Made by a program: the position numbers and the translations under genes
Shown here: in pieces, positions 14,101 to 28,320 of the stretch
How positions within the stretch are numbered: the stretch's first letter is position 1
Layout of the letters: each line of letters opens with the position of its first letter
The notes under the pieces: generated by a model
Database searches by the model: none
The model's input: only the letters and a program-made list of their open reading frames with translations
What the model was told of the DNA's origin: nothing
NCBI GenBank assembly: GCA_976226885.1
Contig: OZ320315.1
Location: 43,710,001-43,774,000, forward strand
DNA: 64,000 nucleotides
Direction of reading: 5' to 3'
DNA from: Iphione sp. A-MEVVRFRX5
Lineage: Eukaryota

Positions 14101-17100
14101 TCAATAATGATAATAAATGTCTTGGTTCAGCGATGGGGTACTAGCAGACGATACAGGTTTGATGTGTAGAATACATGTATACCAACCTGCGGTCAGCTTT
14201 GTAACGGAGAGCATTTGCCCTTCTCATATTCCGAATATGTTCCTAGTTGGATCGACTGATATTGCGTTGGTCTAATACATATATATATATGCAATTGTAG
14301 ACAATAAAGTGGCTAACTCCATGCTGTCCTGTTCTTTGCTGTGCTTTTGCTGTTTTCCTCCTGTAAGGATGTAACCGTATGGCTATCTATATGTATACAT
14401 AACCTGTATATCGCATTTCATCACAATGTATAACTAATACTATATGAATCCAGCCACACATGCATCTATTTGTACTATACATTGGAGCCTTCATATGTAC
14501 AGATGGATACATACGTACATAACTTATACACACATCTTTGAGGTCGATCTCCGAAAATAACCTGGTGGAATACACAAGGAAACAGATATAAAGCTGCACT
14601 GGAACACCTGAAGGGACACCGAGTAAAGACCTACAGTAAATACAGCCAAATGGACACACAAATGTTTACTCACGGAGGCACTGATACACTGTGACAAGTA
14701 CGTGTATTCCTATACATATATAGGCCTACATACAAGCATACAGAGCCCTGCCCATAGATTCAGACACTCCCTCTTCTGAACGGACCCACTGTGCTGCCAT
14801 ATTTCTCAAGAACATATACAGTGTACCACTTTGCATGTACCTACCCTCAGGACACAATTACAAGACGTCCTGGTTTGACACACCTAGGACGTAGTGAAAT
14901 GGCTGTCCCTAAATGTAAATATAAATTGAGCTATAATTAAAATCCATGTTACAAAACGGAAAAAAGATCAGTGACTGATGTTCTCAACAACTCAATCTGG
15001 AATGATACACCTACAGCAGTAGTCATATATATATGATCCAACTTAGACATTAGCTCTACTGTAGCAGACATGTTCTTGCTCCACTTGTGTTACTGCTGGA
15101 GTACTAGCAGGTTTGTAAGAGTGTAGTTTCGTATACTAGAGCAGGTCATGTGACCGCTATGGTAGGTGCTCCATTATTTGCTCTGTTACTGTTGCCAGAG
15201 TGACCAATCAGAAGTGATGGAGAGCTATTTCTGTCAATTGTCTTATGTAACCTTCTCCAAGAATAACCCTGTCATGTGATTTACTCAGGTATATATGAAA
15301 CTGTACTTTTCCTGAAGAAACATGACATTCTCTCATGTGCCCTATGAGAGAGTTACACCCATGCAGCAGCATTCTGCATATGTGGTGAACCAGATATTTC
15401 CATGTGGATTGTTTTTTGTGATATATTGCTCATCAGAGACCAGGCTCACGTTACACTAACAAAGCTTCAACATAGTCATCAATTTGGTACCGTAATGTTC
15501 ACCTGGAAGGAATAGCTTGAGCATGGGTGGTAACGGAATGAGGATAATGAAAGCTTTGCTTTGGGAACTTTGGGAGGAATTAATTGCATAATTAGGTTTC
15601 ATTTAGACTGAGACGAAGCACTCGCTGATCGTGCGTAATTAAGGTACTCTATCGATATTAGCCATGTGTATCATAGTAAAGTTTGACTACGAATGTTGTG
15701 GTCTAACAGTTCTTTATTTGTTGCATTCACCTTCCTGTCAGAGACCATTTCCCCTCACCCAAACATATCGGTGCGTTGGAGTTTCGAAAGGGTCATGTGT
15801 ACCAATACCCTGTTTAATGTTACCACTTGCAACATTGTGTTTAACTTGTAAATGAAAGATAAACCCTTTTCGCCTATTGCGTAGTTAAAAATCACCACGA
15901 CGGCAAATGAGGAAGTAGAGCAGTGAAGAGAACTTTAAGTGTGCCTATGCATGATGATTTAGAGGGGTTACACCTCTATTCCATTTCCGCCTTACCCCGC
16001 CACGCCCCGGTCTTAAGTGAAGGCCACATGACGTCCCAGGTGTCCACCAGCTGACTTTGCCAAGACAGCAGTTGTGGAGGCTGCATCACCTGAGGCGGCG
16101 GCCGTCCCACCGGACTTTGTGAACAATCTTGGATAAATAGATCAGCACTGCTGGCCCCAAGGGTCTGCGACTTGCCGTCCGGCTGAATGAGCCACCGCCC
16201 ACATCTAGCATTTCCTGGGCATGGCCGCCAAGTACGAACTACTTGAGAACCAACTGACGGTTTATACTGCAGCCAGAGACATCATGCATGTGGCTCACAG
16301 TTGCCCACGGTCAATGCGGCCGACGTTTTACGTCGACCAGTTTTCAGTTCTATAAGACCACTTATTTGTTTTATGTCCGAACATTCGAGATCCGACAAAA
16401 TAAACAAGTCCGCCTATACAGAATGGCGACTAGTTACTGCTGTCTTGCACGTTTGATTGGGGGAATCATTTCGGAGTGTGATCTAACGTTCAGAGTGGAT
16501 ACCTGGATGGTCTCACCGCATTTACCTTTGTAGCATTACAACTGTGGATTTAGTTTTCAAAAAAGACCAATGAAATATTCAGTTCAGTTGAATATCACAT
16601 GTAGATTGAAACTATTCTGTACATTCGTAACAGGTCCAGAGACACTGTTTCCTAGAAATAGATAATTCTGGTGAACAGGTGACTATTTCAGTCACACTAA
16701 AATATTATTACCAGCTATTCAAGCTATGCATTGGATTAGCACTTTACCAAGATTTGTGTCAAAATAGATGCAAACATTACTATTGTATCACTCTTCTCAG
16801 GCAATAGATGTCCCTGGAACCGGTCAATTGTATATTGCATCTACCTGTACAACTAGATGCTTTTTTCCCGTGTGCAAATACCAAATCTTGGTTCCGTGAA
16901 CGTTGTTGCTACCATATTGCATGCATAACATTAGGCCTAAAAAATACCTGTGTTTCTGGTGACATGCTGAAAAAAATATAGCGTTGATTGCTAGGGGGTA
17001 TTTGCTAAATATTTTTTTTTCAATGCTCATTTACACGGACAGGAACAAATGTATCTGGCAGTATCACTTCTACTGCTTAGATTTACATGAACTGGTACCG

Positions 17101-18759
17101 TGTAAAAGTTACGGTCCGAAGGAAGAAGTTGGTATTTTGTATGAGTTTCTAGCATTATACGTTCTGATGATATACACAAAACAATAAACAAATAAAGTTA
17201 CAATTAGCCACAATGTACCGCTGAGTGGATTACTAGAAAACACAGATAAGTTTGTAATAGGTCTTATATTGCAGACAATAGCAAGGTTACATCTGTATTC
17301 AAGTTCCCGTTTAGACATTACCGGATGCATGTAACTGAATATACTGATAATATGTTATAATACATAATCATAATTATGGTAGATAAAGTCCTCATACAGA
17401 CAATTACTGCCTATAGTGTATGAGCTTCACACAGTGAATGAGTACATTACAGAGGCAGTAATTGTCTGTATGAGGACTTTATCTGATTTAAAGAACCTCC
17501 CATCCACAACTGTATGATTTACCACCCCATTCAAGAGGGTTGAGTCTGGCGAGGTGAAGCCGAGGCTGCTTTGAAAAAATACATGTATATCATGGTTACA
17601 GTCTGCTGAGGCAATAGCTGAGGCAGCCATCAAGTGCCAATCAGGATTATAAGTAAAGTGGTTATGTTAAGGACTTAGATGGTAAACAAAGGTTTATAGA
17701 ATGAACAAAATTATAAAGGCTAATGAGAATCTTTAATAAAAGTAACATGGTTAAATTTTCGAGAGAAAAAGGAAGGGGTGACAATGGGAGCAAATTAAAG
17801 GAAAAAATTCAATTTTTGTGGAGGTTATGCTAAAGATAAATTAATTTATAACACAACAAACATTTCCGGAGGTAGTGCTAAAGATCCATTGAGTTGATGA
17901 AAAATGGCGGATTTCATTTAAGGTTCAGCTAAATATGCTTTGAGTGGAAAAAGTTGCAAATGTTTGCAGAAGTGATGCTAAAGATGCCATTTATTTATAA
18001 AAAGAAAAAAGTGATAGAATTGGATGAACGGTGTATTTCCTCCCACATTAATTAAGGTGAAAGTATATTTCATTGTTAAATCAAACATCTAACAATGATT
18101 AACCTTTTAACTTGAACAAAGAATAATGTTCTTATCATGCTGTATTCTCTCTGGCACAGTGGGTAGGAGCGCCAGCCCTCACATAGGCAATGTACAGAAT
18201 GAAGAAGACATACGGCAGACCAGGGTTTGAACCCTCAACAAGTCCTGACCACATTTCGCCAGAGGAGTTGAAAACAACAACAGACCTCCCCCTATAATCA
18301 GAGATCAGCAGGTAGAATATGTGATATAAATAGGAAAGATGGAGAAGAGTGTTGTAGGGGTACTTTAAATATATTTACCAATCAGTATGCTCATCTGTAT
18401 AGGTTTAAGCAAACAAGGGAATTTAGAGCAACCTGTCCCCCAAAAGTCATTTAGATGCAGTTGAAAATTCATATTCCAACAGTACTTTCACTTTTTCTTT
18501 AGATCAAATTTACAATGATGTTACCCTTATAATCATATAATGTATTTTTTCTGGCTAAAATAGGGATGGTCAAAACCATCACTTTAGAATAGAAATAGGT
18601 CTATTCATGGGCCAATGCATTCATGATGTCATATGTATCAGATACATTTGATTCTATATAGTATGATTTAGTGGGATCTATTTCTATTTGCCTGCATTAG
18701 GTTTAACAGGCTAGTGATACTCGATCAAAGAGGATACATTACCGTAATACTTATGTACT

Positions 18760-19053
18760 ATATGTTGACGAATTGCTGACCCAATTATGATGCATATAAA
18801 CTGTAGCATCGTAATGAATGCTGGTATCTTGATCTTATGTATTGAAGCTTTGTGTAACTTATTCCAATCGGGTTTCCAACCTCAGTACTTGCATATTCTT
18901 TATATCTTGTTCTCTATGTAATATTTTGTTCAATCTGTAAGTTTTGCTATTTATCCTCATGTGTACAATTAAGCTGGATGTGCATCATTATTCTTGAAAA
19001 ACTCGTGTACCATGAGAAGGTTAATAAACTTTAAGTTGGAATTGGAATTGGAA
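18760..19053 (+). mobile_element. Probable non-LTR retroelement 3' UTR
   Basis: T-rich UTR-like sequence ending in AATAAA (19023) and a (TTGGAA)3 tail; no coding remnant recognised. Confidence 0.35.
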
Positions 19054-19806
19054 CCAGCATACCGATTTTATTTCAGTCAGTCCACTTGTTCTCATTAAAA
19101 AGTTTCATTAAATACAGCAATGCAGCAGGACCTACAGCAGTTACATGGAACAACGTATTTACATATGCCTACATAAATCGTACACAGTACAATACATTAG
19201 AATCCAGGGAATTTCAAACATGTATGTACACATATGTCGAAATGAATGAAGAGAAGCATACAAGGAACGTAGCTTTCTTCAGGACTTGAAATGTATGCGT
19301 ACATTTTTTGTTAGAATTGTATGCGTATTAGGGTTGTTCTTTATACTCTTTCTCTGCGATGCTCTCCATTCCAGAGAATTGTCTCTGCGGCATGCACAAT
19401 ACATTTAAAAGGCGTCTTATTTCTTGCCTTGGTGGTGACTGAGGAACCCATCGACAAGGTGTCATCAACTCCGCTACAACGCAGTGTTTTTTGGGCAGTC
19501 AAAAAACCGAAGGAAAACATTGTGCTGTAACATATTCTTTAGCAGCTCAGTTTGGATATAGTATCTGGGTTCAAGCGCAAATATGAGGTTGAACCAAGGA
19601 GGACAAATTTGTCATTAGGGAAATTTCAAAGACTGCCTCTTTGTGATGAAAATTTCCATACAGGGTCGAAAATGGAATCAGCTCTCTACTATTGCCTTGA
19701 GCTGTGTAGCATTTTTCGGACAGGTTTCTCATTATTCTGACGAAAAAAAGCTGCTTAGGCATAACACGTCTTTCTCACAGGGCATAATTATAAGCTTTAT
19801 ATATGT

Positions 19807-19832
19807 GTACATGTACATGTACATGTACATGT
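19807..19832. repeat. (GTACAT)n microsatellite
   Basis: Four perfect units; the TACATG motif is frequent throughout the window. Confidence 0.9.
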
Positions 19833-22800
19833 GAAAATTCGTAACTCTTTATACATGATGAAGAATCACAAGAATCACATCCCTCTATTCACAATTGCAA
19901 GACAGTATATACGCTCTGTCGGCAGAAATCCTTGAAGGTGGCACGGTCTGACGTTGGTTACTTTTGTATCTTTCAGCTGCGGCCATAGACATGCGCCATG
20001 TCTGTCAGAAGCAAAGGGCTCACCTGGCGAAGAGGCGCACAGCTGCGACAATGTTGTCATTCCTGCGCGCCTTTGGTCTGACTTGTGGGGGCATTGAATG
20101 CGGATATGGCGGACAAACGCGAATGCCAAGATTTGCCGCCACCCCACCGCCCCCCCCCCCCCAGGAGATGTACCCATGGCATCTGCATTAGTATATAGCA
20201 GCAATGAACACTCCTTTCTCTATGCAACTAGTCCCTCTAGATTGCTCTCTTAATAACTGTTTCTACAAGCAATAATGGATTAGCAGCCGCTGCATTTAGC
20301 AAGAGGTCGTAGAGACATTTTTTAAAAAGTTCAGTGATGATTAATATATACGCAGAGCGGTACTTGACACCTATAAGTACATTTGTACCGATTGTACCGA
20401 AAGGTAAATTGCAGTAGCTTATTAGTCACATACATTTACTCGTGGCGGGAACGGGAATATATTTGTGTAGGTGTATATATTAAGCTATCATCTGTCATTA
20501 GTATCCAGGATGTCCGCCATGATTATATGGTGACTATGAATTTTACCTTGATTTCATGTTGTTAATATAAACGTACTCTTTATACAGAACGTTGTCGTTT
20601 TCGACTCTCTTTATCGCTTTCTTCTACCAAACTGTTTCAGAGGCCACACTTTAGGCGGGACGGTTTCCCCTAAGTTTAATGATACCCATCGATATGGCGT
20701 GTTGTTCTGCTTGCCAACTTAGCCGGTTCGCCTTTCGAGTGCCCTCCATCTTTCCTCACCTCTAAATTTGGCATGGCGGCGTGGTTTCCCGACGCCGGTC
20801 TGTCTGGTACGACCAGGGCACTCGGGCCTAGGCTCCCGGGGCAGCCACATTAAATCACACGCATGGCGCAGATAACACAGCACGGATATATTACGTCTCC
20901 AGTTAACCCATATCCCCATATTGCCGCACATAAAATGAATACTTATGTCTATCACACTGAAGGTTATCGACGAAAACAAGCAGTTGTATTATACTCCTTG
21001 TTTTCGCCTATTATGAGACTGAGTTTTAATGCAAATTGTTCTGAGAGAAGTATATGCATGTGTGTCATCGATCAATTTTCAGTTATTCCGTGTATTATGC
21101 GTATACCCCAATAAACTACACCAGACAATCTGGCAGCAGGGACGTCGACGGAGGGTCCAAATATAGAAAGAAATGCCAGATATGTTAATGGCCAGTGACA
21201 TTTCTCCAGCCTGCCACAGCCCGACTGCTCTATCTGCCTTCTAAATTGTGGGCCTTGGGGAGTGATCTTTGTTATGGTAGCCTAAGGCTACACTAACCCT
21301 CGGCGATCCAAGAAGGGGCCTCCCCTGGTGAGAGTGTGTTTTCATTTCTCCCCAGAGTTTTAGCCTTCGCCCGTGTATTTATACTTCTAAAGAGTTGGAA
21401 CCATCAACAGCGCCTCGTAGACCACAGGATGAAGTCAACACAAAACACATTTCATATCCATCTAACCTGGCGAAGAGCAGCCTAGGTGGGGACTGGGTTA
21501 GGTAGCTCGGAGTGGGGTGCCGGCTTTCTGCACGACCGCCGATGTGGGACCGCCACTAGGGCCTGAGGGCCCGGCTGGCCAGCCTTGCACACCCCTGACA
21601 CCTGCTGCTGCTGCTTGGGTGCATGGTCATCTACACATGAAAGGCACTAGGTAAGGGGCTGAGATGTAGAATTGCTAAAATACGCCCTTCGGCTGGATGC
21701 CAATGAGAGATGCATGCATTAAGATTGCTATGAAGAGATATGGAGAGGCTCACGGAAATGGCTGAGGAGTGAGAGATAAGAGAGAGTACCCAGGCTTCTT
21801 ATCGCCTTCACCATGAGAATAATATATCCCAATCCAACGAGTACACATATCGCAACTCCGCTAAAAACCCTACAGGACTGTTCTATGTAGTAAAGGTCAG
21901 ATTAATGAGAGTAAACATTGGGTAAAAATGACGATATATCTGTCATTTGTATACGAAAGATAAATGCCGTATTCAATTACACTTGACATATATCTTTATA
22001 TCAAAAGTATCCATCTGTACATGAATTCCGGGCCCCATTTCAACAAGGAGTACAGGTACTCAGTTTTGTAGTCAGTTATGACCGATGAAAGTTAATCAAT
22101 GACCGCGAAGATAAATGTAAAGATCGCCACAGGTTTCAGTAGGAAAACAATGAGAGAGACTTAACTGGTGCTGCCCTCTGCAGTGGCAGCGAAGATCAAT
22201 TCTCAGCTGGATTAAACCGAGTGTACCTTTCTCTGCTTGTACTTTGATTGCATTGGGCATTAATACCACTATAATGTCATATGTGATAGTAATTGCTATA
22301 AACAACTTTTCGAGTGGCATACGATCACTGTAAATTACAGCTGACATGGTAGAAACCGACAATTAATTCAAGGCCATAGCGGCTATCTGCTGCACGTATA
22401 TGTGTACTTAACTGAAACATGATGGCTTAAAGGACACACTCCTGCTGGCAATTTGACTTTGGTCAAATAACGCATCTACACCAACAAACCATCGTGTACG
22501 AAGGACAGAACAGTAAACAAGAAGACTTACAGTGATGACCGAAACAGCTAGTGTAAAATGGGGCGTAGGTGTCAGTCTGTGTTTAAGGCCTCGAGATTCA
22601 CAGACCGAATACAGACTAGTCGTGTCAAGAGTGAAAGCGATGACTATATCAGGTATGTGTTGCGGACACAAATGGTTATAACGTCTGGTCCGAAAATTCT
22701 TGACCTTTGCCATTCGTGGGATTTTTATTCGGCATGGATGTACACGTGTATTTGTACTTTAATTTTGCCAGGACTTGAATCTAAATTTGTTTCGCATTGT

Positions 22801-22953
22801 TAGACAAACAATAGGCCACAAAACGATTATTCCCACGAGTAGCCTCGACGTAATTCACTTTGGTGATGAATATTTGGTTATGTCAGAATTGTGTTGAATC
22901 ATAGCCCACATTGGTCAGCCATTCCACCAGTAATCTTTCTGGAAAGCTTGCTG

Positions 22954-23300
22954 TTTCATTTTATTTTCATTTCATTGTATCTTTAACCAGGAACTAGATA
23001 TTCTCTATCACATGACAGAGCTCTTCCATATCCTCCTGGGGTAGCAAACTACCATCTATTGTTGAGAATTGAGAGACCAGAATACCTGGGGTCGTCCCCT
23101 ACTCTTATTTTGAATAGGTGTCTGAGGTCTTTTTATACATAGGGGACAGAATCCTATACACCCATAGCTTTTTTACAATTTGTGGACCACTCTGGGTTGG
23201 GGCTACAGTAAATCTGTCTGGTCGTGATCAAGAGTCCCAAGCCTGGGATTGAACCTGTGATCTCTCAATCAGTAGGCCAGTGCTCTACCACTCTGACATA
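22954..23300 (-). mobile_element. Second copy of the same tRNA/Deu-domain SINE
   Basis: Reverse complement aligns along the whole 26377-26720 copy, including head, core and tail. Confidence 0.85.
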
Positions 23301-26300
23301 ACACTGAGAAAAGAGATAGGCATTAATTGTTTAATGAACAGACTATGGTTCAACATACGCCCGAATGACTTAATAGTTAATATTACTTGAAAAGAACAAG
23401 GATCTGAGATCCCTATAAAACTGAGACATAAGAGAGTAACAGCAGCGACCACGTGAGGAGCCACTGTATAGCGTGAAGTGTGGTCCTGTTTACGCGAAAT
23501 CGGCCATACCGGTCATCGAAAGAAAGGCTCTAAGGCACGCAGGCAAATCGGTGGGGATAGCTTTGGTCTGTCTACACCAAACCTGCTTCAGTTCAATGTG
23601 GTAGCCACATTTCCGGCTAGTGCTACCGCGAGCACCTGTGCGCATGTCATATCGTTGAAGTAGAAGGCACCAGGAGTAGAACGCATGCGCGTTGCTTCAT
23701 CGACCCAGGTCAACCTTCCTCGGTGGGCAAGCCAAGCGGGAAATATTGAGCTGATTTTCACACAATAAGTGTAAGTGAAAACCCCGAAGGTAGTGGCAAA
23801 TCCATGATCATATCTTGAACACTTTCTGAGAAACGATTCGTTACCAAGATTCTGTTCTAAGAGCATATACATGTATATGATCACAGTGTCTGTTATTTAA
23901 ATATGTACATCTGAAATTAGTGGCAGCTCTTCATGGCTGCATTACTAATGGTACAGTAAGATTCTTGGAACAGTCTCCATCACAAGGCAAGAAGAAGTTG
24001 ATGTATTTGTAGGTTGCTATATCAGCCAAAGTGAAAAATATATAGAGAGCCGCTGAAGGCATCGCAAAACATGAGGACGAGCAGAAATCTGATTGATGTC
24101 CAAGTAGCGTCAAGAAACTAAGTGCTTATGTAGCCACAGTTTATATTAACTCGTGAAGTTTTCCGTGAGAAATCGACACAGGAATCCCTTAAAGTGATCA
24201 TGTGTTCATAATTTAGGAATGTTTCGTGTACGGTGTATGAAGAAATGAATGTGTGTTGACTGTAGCGTGCTAATCTGGAATGAAAACGTTTCTGAAGTGT
24301 CATTTCCTCTGGTCTCTCGTACGCTTCTCAAACTCTCTCTCAGTCCTAAGAGTTCCTCTCCTAGCCTCTATATTTATCTATAGCTGTCCGTACATCTACA
24401 ATTCTTGAACAAAGTCTACTTTGTGCCTACTAGTTTACCAGCAGAGAGTGTGTGAAAATATATGGGGCATTGACAGGGGATGATTAAATGACAGCAAGTT
24501 TCCTCCGGTTCAAAGAATTCAAATGTAGACCTCGGAGGGAACCCTTCAATTTGCACAGCTTCCGGCTCTCCGTGCTAACGTAGAAGACCGGATGTAGCGT
24601 GAACCTTTACCGCTAGGTGTGGTTAATACTACATGCGGTGTCACAGCCAATTATATCCCCGCACACGTCTTCATCAGTAAGTGTGGTAAAAAGAACGGCT
24701 CCGTGTTACAATATTTCCCGCGTGCTTTGCCCACCACCCTACAGTTATGGGCCTAACCTTCTTATCCTTCAAAGTGCATTACTTTGTACATGTTTCCCCT
24801 TGTCAAACTCTCTAGGAGGTCCAAACCTGTTCTGACTTTTGAGCATTTGAAACGTTTGTGCAGGGTGCAAGAAATATGGCGGATGATTTTATTTTCGGAT
24901 AATTCTTATTTCATCATGAACAATTGAAATGGAGCGCAAAGTTTCACTGTTAATATATTGTGTTAATTCTAAGTATCCCCACCGAATTTTACCAATTTTA
25001 CGTGACAGTTTACCACAATTACCGCAATTGCCATTGCGCTCTGCCGCAATAGAAAAACATCTAGGTGACATTCTTAACTACCTTGAACTATCATGTTTTT
25101 ACTGCGATATTTAGATAATAAGTACAGCGATTTAGTTGTTTTAACATTGGAGATTTAAATAAATGATTATGGCGTTCTAAAGTTCGGTCCTACGAGCATT
25201 CGCGTGCGACGTATCCAAGGGACGATGAATGGACCTGGCAACAAATGTTTTGGTGCACACCGGGAGTGGAATTTGACCTTTTACACTGCAATTTTATAGA
25301 GTGTCTCTGCATCATTACCAAAAATGCTTCTTCTATGATAAAACTTTCGTTTCCTATGAGCATAGTTTCTGTTGCTATTTTGGACGGTCAGAGTATGAAT
25401 ATTATACATGTGCATGTACATGTATATATACACTTGCTAAGTTTGGTGGGCATACATTGCACATGGACTCATATCAGACACTGGTCATCATACGCGCATT
25501 GTGGTTCCTCTGAAGTCATGTCCGTTGGTTCAACCTAACAAATACAGCAACATGCTGTAGATACTATACAATTTCCATTAAATACTTGTTCCACCAAGAC
25601 AGATAAGTGAACTTAACTCCGCCCAGCGGAGTACAGCTTAGCGAGGTCACACAGTTTAATTTTTGTGTACTTGCCCAGCAGAACGCAGAAGGTTATCCAC
25701 ACACATCTCTATCCGGGGGGGGAACAAGAATACTTCAACTTCGGTAATTAGAATCGGTCTCCCGTTGTGATTGTGTTTTTCTATAGATGGCTCTGTCCTG
25801 CCGTCACACTCACTCGGTACTTCTTTCTACAGCCAAAGGGCTTCTTCTTTCTCCTTGACCTCTATGTGTATATGCAGTGGTGATGGCACCAGCGGAGGTA
25901 ACTCAGCTGATAGCATGTAACATCGTTCTGCTAGAATCCTTCAGATCCACTGGTAGGAAAGATTAAGTCTGGTAGGAAAGACTTTCTAATTTTTGGCAGT
26001 AAGGTACGATAGTGGAACGATGTATACGTGTAGATCTCATGCTCTTCTGCCTCTTTTATTTAACAAATTATATCGCTCTTTCAGAGAATCCAATGCATTT
26101 CTGTTAAATGTAAAAAAAATATCTAATTCCAGTTGATATATATAATGATATATGTAATGTTAAATCGTTGAATCATGAACATCTGGGACAGGTCATGTTT
26201 AAGAACAATTGGATGATTTTGAATAGAACCTTACAACTTTCTTGCGCTGAGTCTGGAAATATATCCAGAAACTGAGAAGCCTATATGTGATGTCTCCCTC

Positions 26301-26376
26301 TGATACACAAATTTAATGTGTAGAATGGGTAGAATATAGTCTTGGCATGTTCATGAAAGTAACAGGTTCAGAAAAT

Positions 26377-26720
26377 GGGGAGTAAGCTCAGTGGTAGAGC
26401 ACTGGTCCACTGATTGAGAGGTCGCAGGTTCAATCTCGGGCCTGGGACTCTTGATCACAACCAGACAAATTTAGTGTAGCCCCAACCCAGAGTGGTCCAC
26501 AACTCATAAAAAGGCTGTGGGTGTATAGAATTCTGTCCCCTATGCACAAAAAGACCCCAGAAACCTATTTGAAATAAGAGTAGGGGACAACCCCAGGTAT
26601 TCTGGTCTCTAAATTCTCAATAATAGATGGTAGTATGCTACCCCAGGTGGATATGGAAGATCCCTGTTGTATGATAGGTGAATATATTCCTGGAAAAAGA
26701 TACAATGAAATGAAATGAAA
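26377..26720 (+). mobile_element. tRNA-derived SINE with Deu-domain-like core and (TGAAA)n tail
   Basis: A box AGCTCAGTGGTAGAGC, B box GGTTCAATC; core gcacaaaaagacccc...aagagtagggg...ccccaggtattctgg resembles the DeuSINE core as I recall it; tail tgaaatgaaatgaaa. Confidence 0.85.
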
Positions 26721-27918
26721 GTCAGCTGCAGTTAGGGGCCTCCCTTGGCACTGGCTGTTGAAGCTGTGGTATCGGTTGTCAGGGATGTGGAATTTTATAG
26801 ATGTTTGCTAAAAAGTGGCTTCAATTCATAATGTTTTCCTAGAACATAAGGAAGTTTCGTATTTAGCCTATTAAAGTGCATGTTAGTAAAAAAATTGGTA
26901 TCAGGCAGCAGCATGCCAGATCTGTAAATGTCTCGTACATATCACGCAATAACGTCGTATTAAATGTCTAGATCGTCAATCAGTTTAATTTTCTCATCAT
27001 GGTCAACAATAGAATTACTCCCGTTTGGTGGTTTACTCTTTGGACTCCGTCTATGGACCAGGGGGACCAGAAGTGTGCCTTCTGTCTACTTTGGTATGAA
27101 TAACCAAAAAAAAATAGAACTATACTTCTCTGTCATCATAGCTCTCGGCCACTGACCTAGTGACACAAGGCGTCCTTTCGAGCCTTGACAGGGACACTGG
27201 GATGTCTGACCGGTATCACAGGTGCACATTGGATTGGGTCATCATATAATATCAGTAGCACCCTAAAGGCATTCTACATGGCTGCTAAGGGCGTATCGTG
27301 CCGCTGGAAACAACATTGACTCCATGTTATGAAAACTCCACAATACATTGCTTTGGATCTAAAATATGATATACTGATGTAGAAATGCTCATTCTTAAAC
27401 AGATCTTCTGTAGATAGGTTTACTGGTACTGTGAACAGTATCTCGTGCAAAGTTTGACTAGTAAAGCCATGCAAAGGAATTGTCTTACTAAGCGATCCTG
27501 AGCATTTTTGGCGGACTTTGCTGATAGGTGTGGTGCATGTTACATACTAGGGCAAAATGTTTGCTTGAGTAATAATGAGCAGCCCCTCACATCATAATTG
27601 ATCTTCTATCTCGATACGATTAAACAAGCCAATGGCCCTGATAATCTGACCTCTGTGAAACTCAGTCACTAGTGACTATCTTAAGTTAGACATAATGAAG
27701 ATAGTCATAATGGCCAGTGCTGTTACTTGCTTATGACTGACTAATCTGCTTGTGTAACTATAATGAGGAGATTAAAAAACAAGCTCCTGCTCCACCATTT
27801 CTGGAAGATATTGAATCATGATTAGGATCTTTTGCTATATTTCTTCTATATCCCTTCATTGAACTGACAAACAACTGGGACAATCTTATCAGATAGGCAT
27901 TCAGCCTTCTCTAAATAT

Positions 27919-28320
27919 TTTCAAGTTTCAAGTTCAAAATATTTTATTGAGCATAATAGACCCACCTATACAGGTGTCTGACACTATACACTCATCCAAA
28001 AACAATACATCCAAAAACATATCGGCGGTTAAACATATATCTCATAAACCTTACTGGGTCCATCTTAAACAAGCTTTTCGTAGATAATTTTTAATAAATG
28101 AACAAGGTTGTGAGATGATCTCTTTAGGAAGAGAATTCCACCTCCTAGACCCCTTGAATACAAAACTATTCAAGACAAGGTGTGTATTGGGCTTAACAAC
28201 AACTAATTGAGTGTTACATCCCTGCCTAGTGTTACTCACACTCTTCAACGTCCAGAAGGACAAAGACAGCATGTCTGTTAGAAGCATTAAAGTTGCATGA
28301 CACATTCATTCTTCTAGATT
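27919..28320 (-). mobile_element. 5'-truncated LINE (CR1/L2-like) 3' end
   Basis: ORF2 C-terminal motif NSFVFKGSRRWNSLP, then AATAAA and a (TTGAA)n-type tail. Confidence 0.75.

Noticed and set aside
23300-24300. Walker-B-like TWVDEA in ORF 23588-23884, hinting at a helicase or terminase fossil
   Set aside because: No Walker A or other motif nearby; a four-letter match is expected by chance
25560-26100. Protein-like minus-strand frame between the SINEs; idea of a large endogenous virus across 2-33 kb
   Set aside because: Stop density is near random and no polB, capsid, ATPase or integrase motif or TIR was found
26377-26450. tRNA gene
   Set aside because: Has A and B boxes but no acceptor-stem closure, and continues into SINE core and tail; the second copy is also diverged
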